Assembly: GCF_018350175.1 (NCBI RefSeq)
Contig: NC_058368.1
Coordinates: 9,672,001-9,736,000, forward strand
DNA: 64,000 bases
Reading direction: 5' to 3'
DNA from: Felis catus
Taxonomy: Eukaryota
Each line of letters starts with the position of its first letter. The stretch's first letter is position 1. Made by a program: the position numbers and the translations under genes. The notes under the pieces were generated by a model, which was not told the DNA's origin, did not search any database, and saw only the letters and a program-made list of their open reading frames with translations. This document shows, piece after piece, positions 12,087 through 24,859 of this stretch.

Positions 12087-12613
12087 TTTTTTTTTTTTTT
12101 CATTTTGAATTGAAGTGTAGTTGACGTGTGATAACTCATTTCAGATGTACCCACACGATTCTACAATTACATCATTGTGAAATGTTCGCCGTCATAAATA
12201 TAGTTACCATCGATCTCCGTACAAAGTTATTACAATATTGACTCCATTCCATCACTTATTTATTTTGTAATTGGAAATTTGTACCTCTCAAGCCCCTTCC
12301 TCTGTTTGATCTACTCTCCCACACGCCTCCCTTCTGGCAACCGCCAGTTTGCCCTCTACAGTTACGAATCTGTTTCCGTTTTTTGTTTTGTGGTTTGTGC
12401 GTTTGTTCATGAGGGTTGTTTCTGGGATTCCGAATAGAAGTGAAGTCACAAGATATTTGTCTATCTCTGACTTCTTCCACTTAGCATAATCGTCCGATTC
12501 TATCTGTGTTGTCATGAATAGCAAGACTTTGATAGATGAGTGGACAAAGAAGATGAGGTATACATACACAATGGAATATTACTTGGCCGTAAAAAAGGAT
12601 GAGATCGTGCAAT
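12087..12613 (-). mobile_element. L1 3' fragment with 5' inversion
   Basis: Poly-T plus reverse L1 3' UTR to 12530, then sense-oriented adjacent L1 segment 12531-12613; TSD tcagat(t/g)ca. Confidence 0.8.
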
Positions 12614-13353
12614 TCAGATGCACTATTAGTCACTGATAGCATCTGACCAGTGCCGCTCAGGCTTTTGATGGCATTTTAAGGTATTTACACTTGATTAGGT
12701 CCTAGTGGCTACAGAGTAACTTCCATGCAGAACTGTAGGATACAATGACACACGGAGAGCTTGGCTGAGGCCTCCCACATGACCAAGAGAATGCTCCAGA
12801 CTAGCATTCTCATACTGCCCAGAAGTTTCTATATTCCCTGCACTTATAGATCTTACAGAAGCCTTCCTACAAGGTCAAAATGGTCAAAAGGCTCCTACAG
12901 GACCCTCCCTGTCCTCGCATAATAAATTTGTGCCAATGTGTTAGCAGAGGTTAATAGACTCCTAAGTCCGTAAGCCTCTCCGGGAGGTCTTTGGACTTGA
13001 TGGTGGGATGTCAGTGCAGCGAACAGTGCGGGAACCGTTTGGAGCAAACATTTCCGCTTCCCTCCTCCCAGCTGTTGAAGGCCCCCTCCTTTGCCTTCAC
13101 GCAGAGCTGTCTCTGAGGGGAAACTTCTCCTCCTCATTTCTGTGTCCTGTATCGCCACCGGCACAGAAGCACTTACACCCTTTCAAAAAGCAGGTGGATG
13201 GCATTGCTGGGGCCCAGAGGCAGACAGACATGGGACACTTCTGCGGATGGAACACCCCAGAAAGCTGGGCCAGCTCCACTCATGATCCCCAGGTGAGAAG
13301 GAACATCACTTCTTCAACATAGGAGAGAGTCTTCTCGGGTTTTCTTCTTTCCC

Positions 13354-13419
13354 TTTTTTAAAAACAAAATTTATTTATTTATTTTGAAAGAGAGCATGCG
13401 TGCATGAGTGGGGGGGGGG

Positions 13420-13465
<46 letters not shown>

Positions 13466-13580
13466 CACGGAGGCTCCATATTCAGTGCAGAGCCCGATGT
13501 GGGGCAGGAACTCATGAGCCATGAAATCATGATCTGAGCCAAAGTCGAACACTCAACCGACTGAGCCACCCACACGCCCC
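13354..13580 (-). mobile_element. CAN-SINE
   Basis: Reverse SINE with (GA)n. Confidence 0.9.
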
Positions 13581-13704
13581 TTGGGTTTTTTTCTTTACTG
13601 CAGTCATGGCCAAGCTTAAAACCAAGGATATTATTACCCACTTGGGGGTCCTTTTGATAGCACCGGAGCTGACAGAGATGCTCATAGCATTGAAAAATGG
13701 AGCT

Positions 13705-13925
13705 TAATGTTTTTTTAATGTTTTTTTTATTTTTGAGAGAGAGAGAGACAGAGCATGAGCAGGGGAGGGGCAGAGAGAGAGGGAGACACAGAATCCAAAG
13801 CAGGCTCCAGGCTCTGAGCTGTCAGCACAGAGCCCGACACGGGGCTCGAACTCACGGAGTGTGAGATCATGACCTGAGCCGAAGTCGGACGCTCAACCGA
13901 CTGAGCCACACCCTTCAGGTGTCCT
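13705..13925 (-). mobile_element. CAN-SINE
   Basis: Reverse SINE. Confidence 0.9.
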
Positions 13926-14434
13926 GAAAAAGGGAGAGTTTAAAGAACCTAGAACAACCTGGCGGAGTGGCAAGGCTATGTGACAGGATAGCTGGCTTCA
14001 GACGTGGATTCGGGACATTTCTGGCTCAGCCCATCCGCGGGCCTTCTGTATTCACTAAGTAATCTTCGGACTTGAATTGTTTCCCAAATAGGCTCTGTCA
14101 GAAAGAAAGATACATCGTTTCTTCAACAATCATACTGATGCCCTACGAGCAGCCAGAATGAATTTGTATAGTTTAGTAGGAACGTAGGTGAAGTGATACC
14201 ACCAAGAGGTCTCCCCAGGGCATGTGCTACAACGCGGGAGCCCAGGGTGTTGTGTTATAGCAGCATGGAGGGGGCATCTCAGTCAGAGGGTTGGGTCGTT
14301 GGAAAATGATTGGCTATGGAAGGAAAAGTATAATTCTAGACACAAAATAAAGGAAAGCATCCCAGGATGAGGGATCCACATGAATGAAATGTGTGGAGGC
14401 ATGAGGTGTCTCTTACTTTAAAGTAAGACATTGA

Positions 14435-14650
14435 GGGGCACCTGGGTGGCTCAGTCGGTTAAGCGTCCGACTTCGGCTCAGGTCATGATCTGGCGGTCCG
14501 TGAGTTCGAGCCCCGCGTCGGGCTCTGCGCTGACAGCTCAGAGCCTGGAGCCTGTTTCAGATTCTGTGTCTCCCTCTCTCTCTGACCCTCCCCCGTTCAC
14601 ACTCTGTCTCTGTCTCAAAAATAAATAAACATTTAAAAAAAAATTTTTTT
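14435..14650 (+). mobile_element. CAN-SINE
   Basis: TSD taaga(c/t)attga. Confidence 0.92.
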
Positions 14651-14879
14651 TTAAGATATTGAATACTCTCTGTCTCGGTGGGTTTGGGCCACCCGAGTTG
14701 GTCATCTCGGGACCACATCACCCAGTCTCAAAGGTGCAGCCTAGAGGAGGCAGAAAACCAATCCTGGGAATTCTGAAATGTGGCCCCCACTGGCCTTTTA
14801 CCCCACCTGGACTAAAAAGGTGCAGGCCATCTGATATAGCTGCAGGATAGGGAGTGCCAGGTGCTAGATCTAGAAAGAT

Positions 14880-14883
14880 CTTT

Positions 14884-14931
<48 letters not shown>

Positions 14932-15022
14932 TTTTAAAGAAAGTTCTCTGCCCAATGTGAGGCTTGAACTCACCACCCTGAAGATCAAGAGGCCACGTTC
15001 CACCGACTGAGCCAGCCGGGCA
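14880..15022 (-). mobile_element. Short CAN-SINE with (TTTC)n tail
   Basis: Reverse tRNA-like head plus tetranucleotide microsatellite. Confidence 0.8.
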
Positions 15023-15908
15023 GGTTGGGAACTAATTTCAAAGGGCCTCCCAGATGATGCCAACAGGTTGCCACATGTCTCGGAAGCATAGAATCGTCTG
15101 TATGTTATCAACCTGTTCCGTATTCAACTTGATGCACCAGGGCCATATTTAAGCCAGGGCAGACTTTGTTGAAAGTGGTGATTTGCCAGCCATTCTTGTC
15201 TTTCCCACTGCAGGATGGTGAGTGGGAAGGTGGGGAGGTGCACCGAACATGCCAGTTCGAAAAGCCCACAGAAATGTTAGATGGCTGTACTTTTCCGGCA
15301 TCTGCTTTCAGCTAAATTCATGGCAAATGTCTTCCTACTCTCTTTACTGTTCAAATTTACTGCTGGCTCCCTTCTGTACCTGAGGTTGGAATCCCAGGTG
15401 GGGAGGTGATATATCTTTGGCCACGGTCAAGGGAGGAACTCGCTCCTCAAGTCTCAATTCCAAGATAAATACGTCATTCCTGCCATACACTTCGCTTCCA
15501 AAAACACAGCCGTGGGTGAATGCTCCGTGCAACGCGAGGCCAGAGGTGTAATTAAACTTCAAAAGGGTATCAATTGCATCCCATTCAGGAAAAGCGTGGA
15601 AAAAGAAAGGTACTGCTGAAAGGCAACCTAAAACACCCAACCAGCTAAATTCATCTTCGGGAGAAGGAAAGTAAAACGGACGTGCTCTCTCGGGACACCC
15701 AGTGTGTGCGAGCAGGCCTCCCGTTCGAGTTGTTTCGGAGAAGGGAGCGTGTGTGCCCGCGTCTAGCCATCTTCAACTCTAATCTTTGTGAAAAGACTCC
15801 TTCCAGGATTCTAGTTACCATCATGCCTCCTGGGTAAAAAAGGGGCACTGAGTGTGAAAACAGCTTGGAGCATTTAAAAAGCAAACTGTATAATTATCAC
15901 ATGCCAAT

Positions 15909-16112
15909 CTTTTTTTTTTTTTTTTTACGTTTATTTATTTACTTTGAGAGAGAGAAACAGAGAGCGTGGGGGAGGGGCAGAGAGAATCCCAAACAGGCTC
16001 CGTGCTAATAGCCCGGGGCTCGTTGCGGGGCTCAAACTCACCAACCCTGAGATCATGACCTCAGTGGAAATCCAGAGTCTGAGGCTTAACCTACTGAGCT
16101 GCCCAGGCGCCC
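15909..16112 (-). mobile_element. CAN-SINE
   Basis: TSD cacatgc(c/t)aatctt. Confidence 0.9.
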
Positions 16113-16157
16113 TTCACATGCTAATCTTACTCAGGTTTTAAATATGTTTGCTGGGAA

Positions 16158-16390
16158 GAGTCAAGAGCAAGGGCTCCAGAGACAGATGGCTTGTTACAAA
16201 TCCTAGAGTCTTTCTGCTCCGTGACCTCGGGTTAAAGTACCTGACCTCTGCGAGCCTCAGTTTCCTGAGCTGTGAAATAGTGGCAACAGGTAACAGCTTC
16301 GTCAAGGGGCCAGTGACAAGGCTTAAGTGAGTCACTCCACAGAAAATCTTGGGACTCAGGCTGGCACATACTAAATAGCCAGTAAATATG
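16158..16390 (+). mobile_element. MIR
   Basis: gtgacctcggg...ctctgcgagcctcagtttcct...ctggcacata. Confidence 0.75.
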
Positions 16391-16397
16391 AACTCCT

Positions 16398-16641
16398 GGG
16401 GCGCCTGGGTGGCTCAGTCGGTTAAGCGTCCGACTTCGGCTCAGGTCACGATCTCACAGTCCGTGAGTTCGAGCCCCGCGTCGGGCTCTGTGCCGACAGC
16501 TGGGAGCCTGGAGCCTGCTTTGGATTCTGTGTCTCCCTCTCTCTCTGCCCCTCCCCCACTCGTGCTCTGTCTGTCTCTCTCTCTCAAAAAAAATAAAATT
16601 AAAAAATTAAAAAAAAATAAACATTTAAAAAACAAAAAAAA
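16398..16641 (+). mobile_element. CAN-SINE
   Basis: Full head, (CT)n, A tail. Confidence 0.92.
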
Positions 16642-16910
16642 TCAAATTAAAGTCAGTGGCATGTTACCCATTTATGAAAGAAAGCACTTGTACTATGAAA
16701 TAATATGGATTTTTAAGGAAGAACCGTGCCAGCAGAGTCTCCATTCCAAACCTACTTAAATAAAGACATGTCAAGCAAAGAAGCACCATACATCTCTATT
16801 TAAAATCCCCAAATCATACTTTGCCAAAGCTCACGTCTCTAAGGGTGAGGTTGCCGCAAGCTTTTAAAGACAGAAATCCTAGGGGAAAATAAACAAAACT
16901 TTAAAAAAAA

Positions 16911-17035
16911 AAAAACGAAAAACAAAAAAACAAAAACAAACAAAAAAAAACCTTTACAAACTAAAGAAAGAGAAAAACGAAAAACAAAAAAACCAAAAAC
17001 AAACAAAAAAAAAACCTCTACAAACTAACGAAAGA
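16911..17035. repeat. ~62 bp A-rich tandem duplication
   Basis: aaaaacgaaaaacaaa...cct(t/c)tacaaactaa(a/c)gaaag twice. Confidence 0.85.
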
Positions 17036-18001
17036 AAACCTAGCCTGCTCCTTGTATACCGATATGTAGCTGTCTAGGCTTGTCTCACGTTAAAATACTG
17101 TGGTGTTTTGGTTTTTTTTTTTTTTTTTTTTTTTACAAAAAGCCAAAACGGGTTGCATAAACTGATCGGCGTGGCTCGTAAAAAGGTAATCGTTCGGTTT
17201 GTCAATTAATTGGCAGCCTGACTTGTGATTTTAAGTTTTGCCACCCTGAATTATTACAAAACTTGAAAATGTAAGGAGAGAGAGAGGTAAAGCCTTGCCC
17301 TTAACTTTTCCGGGGCTCTCTTGTTGGCTTGAAGTAAGCCTCTATTTAATGCCTTCAGAGTTTGCTCTTGCCTTGAAGCAATGGACAAGTATGTGCCGCT
17401 CTGTTCTAAATATGGGAACAGCCAGTACAAATAGAAGATTGAAGATTTGCTTTGAAGCTCAATGTTGCCAATTCGGAGCCTCTCAGACGCTGAGAGCGGC
17501 GGCCCTGCCGAGCAGAGCGACAGCTCCTGCTTTTAACGGCTGATCTATTAATTCTGGGCGGTGTCTCGTTCGACCGAAGGTCAGGAATCTGCTTTTGACC
17601 TGAGCACTGATGGCAATCCTGTGGGGATCCCGAGAGTGGCGGAATGAGTGCTGTAACATTACTAATAATTACTAATGATGATAATGTCCTAGCTTTCGTG
17701 CTTACCGCCCAAAGATTTCAAATCACTTCAAGACCAATGGTTTCACCTGCTATTGACCTGTAACCGACTCAGGCACAGAGTATCGCCCTGTTGTCAAGAA
17801 TACAGCCACACCAAGCCTGTTTAAGCATGAACTGAAGAAAGATCCCCATTGAAAATTAAAGTGTAAATTTTAGGCAGGCAGGTTATAATTATCCACTTGA
17901 AACGAAGCCAAGAAATGAAGTTTAATATCCTTCTTTTGTGAGAGGCACCCAGGCAACGTTCCTAACCATAAACAGACCTCAGGTTTTCACCTCCTCTAAT
18001 T

Positions 18002-18187
18002 CAGGGTTTCTCAACTTCGGCACTGTGGACATTCTGGGCTGGATAATTTTCTGTTGAGGGGTAAAGGGCTGTCTTGTGCACACCCAGTCATGACAATCGA
18101 AAATGTCTCCAGACAATGCCCAACGTCTTGGGGCGGGGGGGACGGGGAGCGGGGAGGGCGCAAAATCGCCCTCAGTTGAGAACCGCG
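18002..18187 (-). mobile_element. MER20-like MITE (internally deleted)
   Basis: cagggtttctcaacttcggcact...aaatgtctccagaca...caaaatcgccctcagttgagaacc. Confidence 0.85.
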
Positions 18188-19003
18188 CGGCTCTAGGCTC
18201 TAACTCAAAACATTTGCGAAATTAGAAGCTAATGAATTACCAGAATCTTCCATCCCTCCAGGTTGCTTGAAGGATTCCTCACGAAGGAGGGACAGTTATC
18301 TGCCTAGGGCTTTGGGGTTTCAGAGAGGCTTCAATTATAAAATAGGTCTTCGATCATAACTTTGATTGCGAAACTTAGATCATGAAATTAGTCCTCTTCC
18401 TCCTCCCACCCCAAAAAGCAAAAATCAAAGAAAGGACACACCCCTAGACTAACAAATGCCACTCTCCCCTGGGGAGCAGGGGATCCGTTTCTGGCCTGTA
18501 ACTTCTCCCCAAGTGGCTGCTGTAGGTTGTAACAGGATATCACCGTGACAGCTTTAACATCCACATTGCCTGCCCACCTCGCAGATTTCCTGGGGTCAGA
18601 ATTCCTCTGCTTCTGGAATCCACAGCATCTGTCGAACAGCAGAACTGGAGGCTTGCACCTATGAGCCTGCACGCGCTGGGACAAGCCCGGCCCCCTCTCC
18701 GACCATGACCCCTTACCTTTACCTGCAGCTTCTCACCCTCCCCGACAAACACGCACAAAGTCTCCCAGGACCTCAGCGGACAGGAGTTCACCCTCACTGC
18801 CGGGTGCACAGGCCCTCCACACCCCGGGGAAGTGTGGCTCCCAAACTTCTTCCGCCGCCACTCACCGCATTTTGTTTCGTGTCCCCTCCCCCGCCCGGTT
18901 CACACAGACAAAGAATACGTGTTGTTTTTAAGCCGTGTTCTGAACTCATTTTGGACTTTCAGAAAAGTTGCAGGAAGACGGCACATGATTTCCGCACAGC
19001 CCC

Positions 19004-19343
19004 TGCTGTGGTCCGAAAGCGTGTGCCCCCTCAAAATTCATAGGTGGGAATCCTAACAAGCAAAGTGATGGTATTAGGAGCTGGGGCGTTGGGAGGCGCG
19101 GAGGCCATGAGGGGGGAGCCCTCGGGGATGGGATTAGTGCCCTTACAAGGGAGGCTCCGTAGAACTCTCTAGGCCTTTTCACCTTATGAGGAACGTAGCA
19201 AGAAGGCACCATCTGTAAGTGGAGAAGCAGACCCTCACCAGACATGGAATCTGCCGGCACCACGATCTTGTACTTCCAACAGAGGCTGAGAAATAAATCT
19301 CCATTTAAATGCCACCCAATCTGTGCCATTTTGTTACAGCAGC
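19004..19343 (+). mobile_element. MaLR solo LTR (MLT1A-like)
   Basis: tgctgtggtccgaa...gggattagtgccctta...ccctcaccagac...gagaaataaat...ttttgttacagcagc. Confidence 0.85.
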
Positions 19344-19369
19344 AGGAACCCTCGTCCTCATCCAGCGTC

Positions 19370-19690
19370 CCCCAGTGTAATGGTCAAAACCAGGAAATTA
19401 ACATTGGTGCTGTACTATCAACCGAACTAGGGACTCCCGTTTTCTGCTAATGTCTCTTTTCTGGTTCCAGGACCCCATTCAGTGTCTCACGCGGCATTTC
19501 GTTATTTCTCCTCGGTCTCCTGAATCTATGAGAGTTCATCGGCCTTGAATTTTATGACCTTGACACTTCTGAAGAGTACTGATCAATTATTTTGTCAAAT
19601 GGCCCTCCCTTTCAGTTGGTCTAATATTTTTTCATGATTGTACCGAAGTTAGACATTTTTGGCAAGAATGCCACAGAAATGATGTAGCCC
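19370..19690 (-). mobile_element. Ancient L1 3' UTR fragment (L1MC/ME-like)
   Basis: tatgaccttgacacttctgaagagtactg...tttttggcaagaatgccacagaaatgatg. Confidence 0.7.
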
Positions 19691-19712
19691 CCCCCCCACT
19701 CAAAATATATCT

Positions 19713-19937
19713 TTAAAAAAATTTTTTAAACGTTTATTCATTTTTGAGAGACAGAGACAGAATGCAAGCAGGGGAGGGGCAGAGAGAGAGGAAGTTAGAG
19801 AATCTAAAGGACGCTCGAGGCTCTGAACTGTCAGCTCAGAGCCCCAGAGCCCCATCCGGGGCTTGAACCCACAAACCGTGAGATCGTGACCTGAGCCAAA
19901 GTCAGACACTCGACCGACTGAGCCACCCAGGTGTCCC
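19713..19937 (-). mobile_element. CAN-SINE
   Basis: TSD caaaata(t/c)atcttt. Confidence 0.9.
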
Positions 19938-19992
19938 AAAATACATCTTTTTAAAAATCAAAGTATAGTTGACACCCAAATATATATACCTA

Positions 19993-20125
19993 TGTTTTTA
20001 AAGTTTATTTATTTTGAGAGAGAGTCCTGTGTGAGCAGGGGAGAGGCAGAGAGAGAGAGGGAGAGAGAGAATCCCAAGCGGGTTCCCACTGTCAGCACAG
20101 AGCTCAAACTCACCAACCCTGAGAT
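19993..20125 (-). mobile_element. Truncated CAN-SINE
   Basis: Only 3' half present. Confidence 0.8.
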
Positions 20126-20229
20126 CTCTTTCCTTTCTCTGCCTCAGTGGCACCACACTGTTTGTGCTTCTTCTTCCTTCCTCTCTGACCAGCTTTTCCC
20201 TGCAGGCTTTTGGACTCTCTGTCCTCCCG

Positions 20230-20560
20230 TCTCTGTCTGATCACAGTGAGCGGACCCCCTCTTTCATTTCCACTCCACGCAGGTGACGTGACCCCCATCC
20301 CCGCTCTCCCCAATGTGTGTCAGGCCCTGACTTCCAACTGTCTCGAGGCATTTTGATATGGGTGCCCTGCCCTCACACTAAACTCATCAGGCCCAAAATG
20401 ACCTTTATCTGGCGCTCTCCCCCTCCCAAACTGAATCCTCTTCCCCATATCCTATACCCGTCGGTGGTACACCTATGTACCCCCGTGTTTATACACGGGG
20501 AGCTCAGCTCTCACTGCCCGGCACTTGGACTGCTATCCAGTCAGCTCCTTTCTTCTCCAT
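20230..20560 (+). mobile_element. L2 fragment
   Basis: Pyrimidine-rich, ccaactgtctcgaggcatt...ctaaactcatcaggcccaaaatgacc. Confidence 0.5.
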
Positions 20561-20569
20561 TTCCTAATC

Positions 20570-20725
20570 CAGGGCTTCCCAAACTTTATAGAACATCAGA
20601 ATCACCCACAGGGCTTCTTAAAGACTGAGGCCCACCCCCAGAGATTATGATTCAGTAGGTCTAGGGCGGGCCCTCAAATTTGCATTTCTAAGAAGTTCCC
20701 CGGAGGCCAGAGCAGCTTTGAGGAG
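20570..20725. mobile_element. MER5A-like MITE
   Basis: catcagaatcacc...cccacccccagagattatgattcagtaggtctagggcgggccc...ttgcatttctaa. Confidence 0.8.
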
Positions 20726-21282
20726 GGCTGCTTTCACAGAGGAATTTCCAGAGGTTCCCTGCACTTCCCGGGCTGAGGAGGACCGGCCGCGGGTCCCTGT
20801 GGGTCACGTGGTCCACAGACCCTACCTGGCCAGTAGCATCTCCCCTTAAGCCACTGTTTTCCTGAAATAGAATGCCCTGTTCGTCCCTTGCCTTCCAAGG
20901 ACTCCAATTCCCCTCTTTCTGCAGGGATTCGCTCCAGACCAGCAGCCCCAAGAAGACTTTTTACTTCTTCAGTCTTCCTGGGGTTCTTTCTTCTGGTTCG
21001 TGGCAAACGATGAATAAGAATTGCCAGGTTCCCACCAGCCTGTACTCCCAAGGGCCCAGGCTCATTCATAGTGAGGTATTTGTTCTCAGGGCACTTAACT
21101 CGCATTTTTCATTATGGCTTCACACGCAGTTTTTGCCTTGCACATCCTCCCATGCACGGGCAGAAACCCAGGGCGCGGGGGCAAGCACCCGTTTGGGACT
21201 CCGCCTGAAGCCGAATACCGGTGAGGGTGACTGTTTCCCAGAAAGCAATCCGGCTAACCGATAACGTTAAAGAAACCTAGTG

Positions 21283-21424
21283 GGGGGCGCTGGATTGACT
21301 CAGTCTTGGTCTGGGGATCCTGAGTTCGAGCCCCACCTTGGGTGCAGAGATTACTATTTAAAAAAATAAATAACTGAAAGGAAAGAAAGAGAGAGGAAGG
21401 AAGGAAGGAAGGAAGGGAAAGAAA

Positions 21425-21469
<45 letters not shown>

Positions 21470-21500
21470 CAAAGAAAAGAAAAGAAAGAGAGAAAGAGAA
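21283..21500 (+). mobile_element. Short CAN-SINE with expanded (GAAA)n tail
   Basis: TSD aaagaaacctagtg. Confidence 0.88.
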
Positions 21501-21719
21501 AAGAAACCTAGTGAGACTTTGCCCTCTCTTTCAAGGGCCGCTGAGCCTGTTCTTGTACTGCCTTAGCCTAGCAACTGCCAGAGAAGCAGGCGTGGGGAGT
21601 CTCGCTGGCTCAAGATGTCCAGAAGGGCCCAGGCACGGGGACACTTGGTCTCCCCGTACGTAAACATGTGTGCGTTTAAAAAAATAAAAAAATAAAAAAT
21701 CCGAAGAACGTCCAAAGAA

Positions 21720-22150
21720 GAGATTATGCCGGGTCCTTGGAAGCCGGATCAAGAAGTCGTGCGCCGAGGAACGGGGGGATCCGTGCTGCGCGGCCCCCTC
21801 CCCGCCGGCGCCGGCCTCCCAGGGCCCTGCGTGCGCGTCCCAAGGACTCGCGGGGACACGCACTGCCGCGAGCCACCGGCAGGTGTCTCTCTCCTGGCTC
21901 TGGGGCCCACGGTGAACTCACCAAATGGAGGCCCCGGGAGGCGGGGGCAGCGGAGAGCCGCGTCGCCCTCTGTCCCCCCCACCACATTTCTCCCCGTCCT
22001 CGCCTTTGGAACACTTGGTGGCCGCGCGGGAGAGGAGTTACCTCGTCGCGCGGGGGACGAAATGCCTTCCTGGCCTGCGAACCTGACCGCTCTCCTTTCT
22101 GGGGCTTTGATGGTCTGATGAGCGAGGCCGGGGCTCCGGGTCACCTCTGA
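21720..22150. promoter_or_regulatory. Small CpG island (orphan)
   Basis: Dense CpG/GC, repeat-free. Confidence 0.7.
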
Positions 22151-22771
22151 AAGGCCATCGGGCAGTGCAGGACCAGGACCCTGGGAACCTTTGTCCCCTG
22201 TTTCTCCTCACCTTCCCAGAAAGCAGTAGGAAAAAGGGCCTGCTGTCCTCACAGTTTTCCCTTTAGGGAAATTCAGTTTCCTAACACGTCGAGTTTTGAA
22301 AGAGGCCCCTTCATGGGGTAATGTCAGCAGCCGGGTAGGTGCAAGTGAGGCCGGTAGCGATTACTTTTATTTTTTTAAACTTAATTTAATTTAATTTAAT
22401 TTAATTTAATTTAATTTTTTTTACTTATTTAACGAACGTTTTTTGATCATCGATGGGGTGCCGGCCACCGTATGGGAGATTCCGTGGTGAGCAAGGACTC
22501 AGCGCTGTGCTCACTACCCAGACCACCAGAGAAATCCATCAGGTGACAAGATGTATGTGATGCCCATTACTTGAGAGTCCAAAACAACATGGAGGAAGAA
22601 AACCACGCGCTCATAAAAAATATGCAATCTGTGCCATTGGTTAGAAGAAGGTTAAGGCGGGCTTGCATTTCTTTGGACCTTTTCACTGTCATTTAACAAT
22701 AACAAAAATACCTGTACGGAGGGCTGACTTTGGGGCTGGGGCTGTGCTAGGTGCGGGGGAGACAATGGTGA

Positions 22772-22837
22772 CCTTAAGGAACTGGCAGCCCAGCGTGCAG
22801 TCCCTGTCCTTAAGGAACTGGCAGCCCAGCGTGCAGT
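22772..22837. repeat. 30 bp direct repeat, 36 bp period
   Basis: ccttaaggaactggcagcccagcgtgcagt at 22772 and 22808. Confidence 0.95.
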
Positions 22838-23796
22838 AGGCCAGTAAAACATAATGAACAATTGCGATGCATCTCGGACCCCCGGCCCACCCTGGTTAGC
22901 TGTCTTGATTCCACTGATTTACTCTGTAGGGTACAAGAGGACCCAGGAAAGGGAGGCCCAGTCAGCAGCACCGGGTAGGACCCGAAGGCCAACCCAAACA
23001 GCGTAGAGTCCCCTAGGAAAGTCACCATGAGGTGCTGGTGTCCAGGGAAGTACATCAGTTGTCCCATGTCCTAGGACACCCAGGATGTCCTAGGTGTAAT
23101 AGAAGCACCCCCATTTCTCGTCTTGGGTCTGATCTGGCTTCACTGGCTCCCTTTCTGTCCAAATTCATTTCCTGGGACGTCCCTACGAACTAGTACCACA
23201 CATCCATATATTCCCTCCCCGTCTCCTGAAATCACGTTCTAGAATCTGACTGTTGGGAGAGAAAGAAGTGTCTGCCTTTATCTCGCTCAGTAGTGGTTGT
23301 TTTAACGTGCTGACATGATGTTTGGGCTTTTTGTTTGCTTTTTGAAATACGGTTTATAAATTTAGAATTTCGGGAAGGACTTTTTTTTTTTTTCCCTCCT
23401 ACTTTTTAGGTTAACGGAACACTAGCCATGGGGTTCCAACCTCAGACATTTACAGGCGGCTAAAATCTCATCACACAGCCAGAGAAGCAGTCACAAATTC
23501 CCATGGCACACTTTGAAGCGGATCTCTGTTCTTGGCCTGCTTCAGGACTGTGGGAGTAAGTCAGTGCTGGAGATATTAACTGGAAGGCGCCTGCAGTCCC
23601 TCCACACTGATATGCTGTCCCTTTTTCCCCAAGTGAGAAACACAGAGTCCTCTGCAAGCACTGTTAAGAGTTTCTTGTTTGTTTTAATTTATAAAAATAC
23701 ACAGGCCTCTGTGTTCGGTGTTCTCTGAGCTCTGGGTTAAATGGTTAGTGCGATGTTCAGAAAGAAAACTTTGCCTCGTTCAAAAAGCATACCAAA

Positions 23797-24020
23797 GGGG
23801 CGCCTGGGTGGCTCAGTCGGTTAAGCGTCCGACTTCGGCTCAGGTCGGTGATCTCGCGGTCCGTGAGTTCGAGCCCCGTGTCGGGCTCTGTGCTGACGGC
23901 TCAGAGGCTGGAGCCTGTTTCCGATTCTGTGTCTCCCTCTCTCTCTGCCCCTCCCCTGTTCATGCTCTGTCTCAAAAATAAATAAACGTTAAAAAAAAAA
24001 AAGAATTTCTAAAAAAAACC
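23797..24020 (+). mobile_element. CAN-SINE
   Basis: TSD caaaaagcataccaaa. Confidence 0.93.
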
Positions 24021-24330
24021 CAAAAAGCATACCAAAATCTGGTTTACCCTTTTGTCTGTCTGTCCATCCCAGGATAATGCCTGACTACCTAAGTCGCCCT
24101 AGGAGCCACAATGGAGAATTCATTTCCTTTCTCAGCTATTGAGTGCTGAAATCATTCTCCTTGGGACAGATGCCATATCTTATCTAGAAAGATACTGAGA
24201 AGGCAACATTTGCAATTATTTACAAGGCTGGGAAAAACTATTCCAGCAGACCAAATTCAGAAATGTTTTCACAAGAAAGAGGTGGTCTGACCTGTGACAA
24301 TCTCATAAAATTTGGAATAGAAAAAAGTCT

Positions 24331-24570
24331 TTTTTTTAATTATTATTTAAAGTGGGTTTTTTTTAATGTTTATTTATTTTTGAGAGAGAGAGACAGAATG
24401 TGATCGGGGGAGGGGCAGAGAAAGAGAGAAGGAGACATAGAATGCGAAGCAGGCTCCAGGCTCTAAGCTGTCAGCACAGAGCCTGATGCGGGGCTCGAAC
24501 TCCCAGGCCTCGAGATCATGATCTGAGCCAAAGTTCGGATGCTTAACCGACTAAGCCACCCAGGCACCCC
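24331..24570 (-). mobile_element. CAN-SINE
   Basis: TSD agaaaaaagtctt. Confidence 0.92.
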
Positions 24571-24859
24571 TAGAACAGAAAAAAGTCTTAAGTGTCATTG
24601 AATTCAAGGCCCAAACAATGCCTCTGCCGGGTAACTTTCTCACCTCTGAGGAACCATGACCTGTGGCGGGGATGGTCCAGGCGGCCCGCCCACCCTTTCC
24701 AACTCTGAGAAATGTTTGAGAGTCCGTCCCAGAGCTCCTTGGCCTTGAGCGCCCACTCATCATTGTGGCCTGGCCATGTGGGAGAGGCCTCTTCCACAAA
24801 GTAGTTCCTTCAATGTTTGCGGTAGCTCTCGGAGGCCTCCCTTCTGTGGGTTTGCAGTG

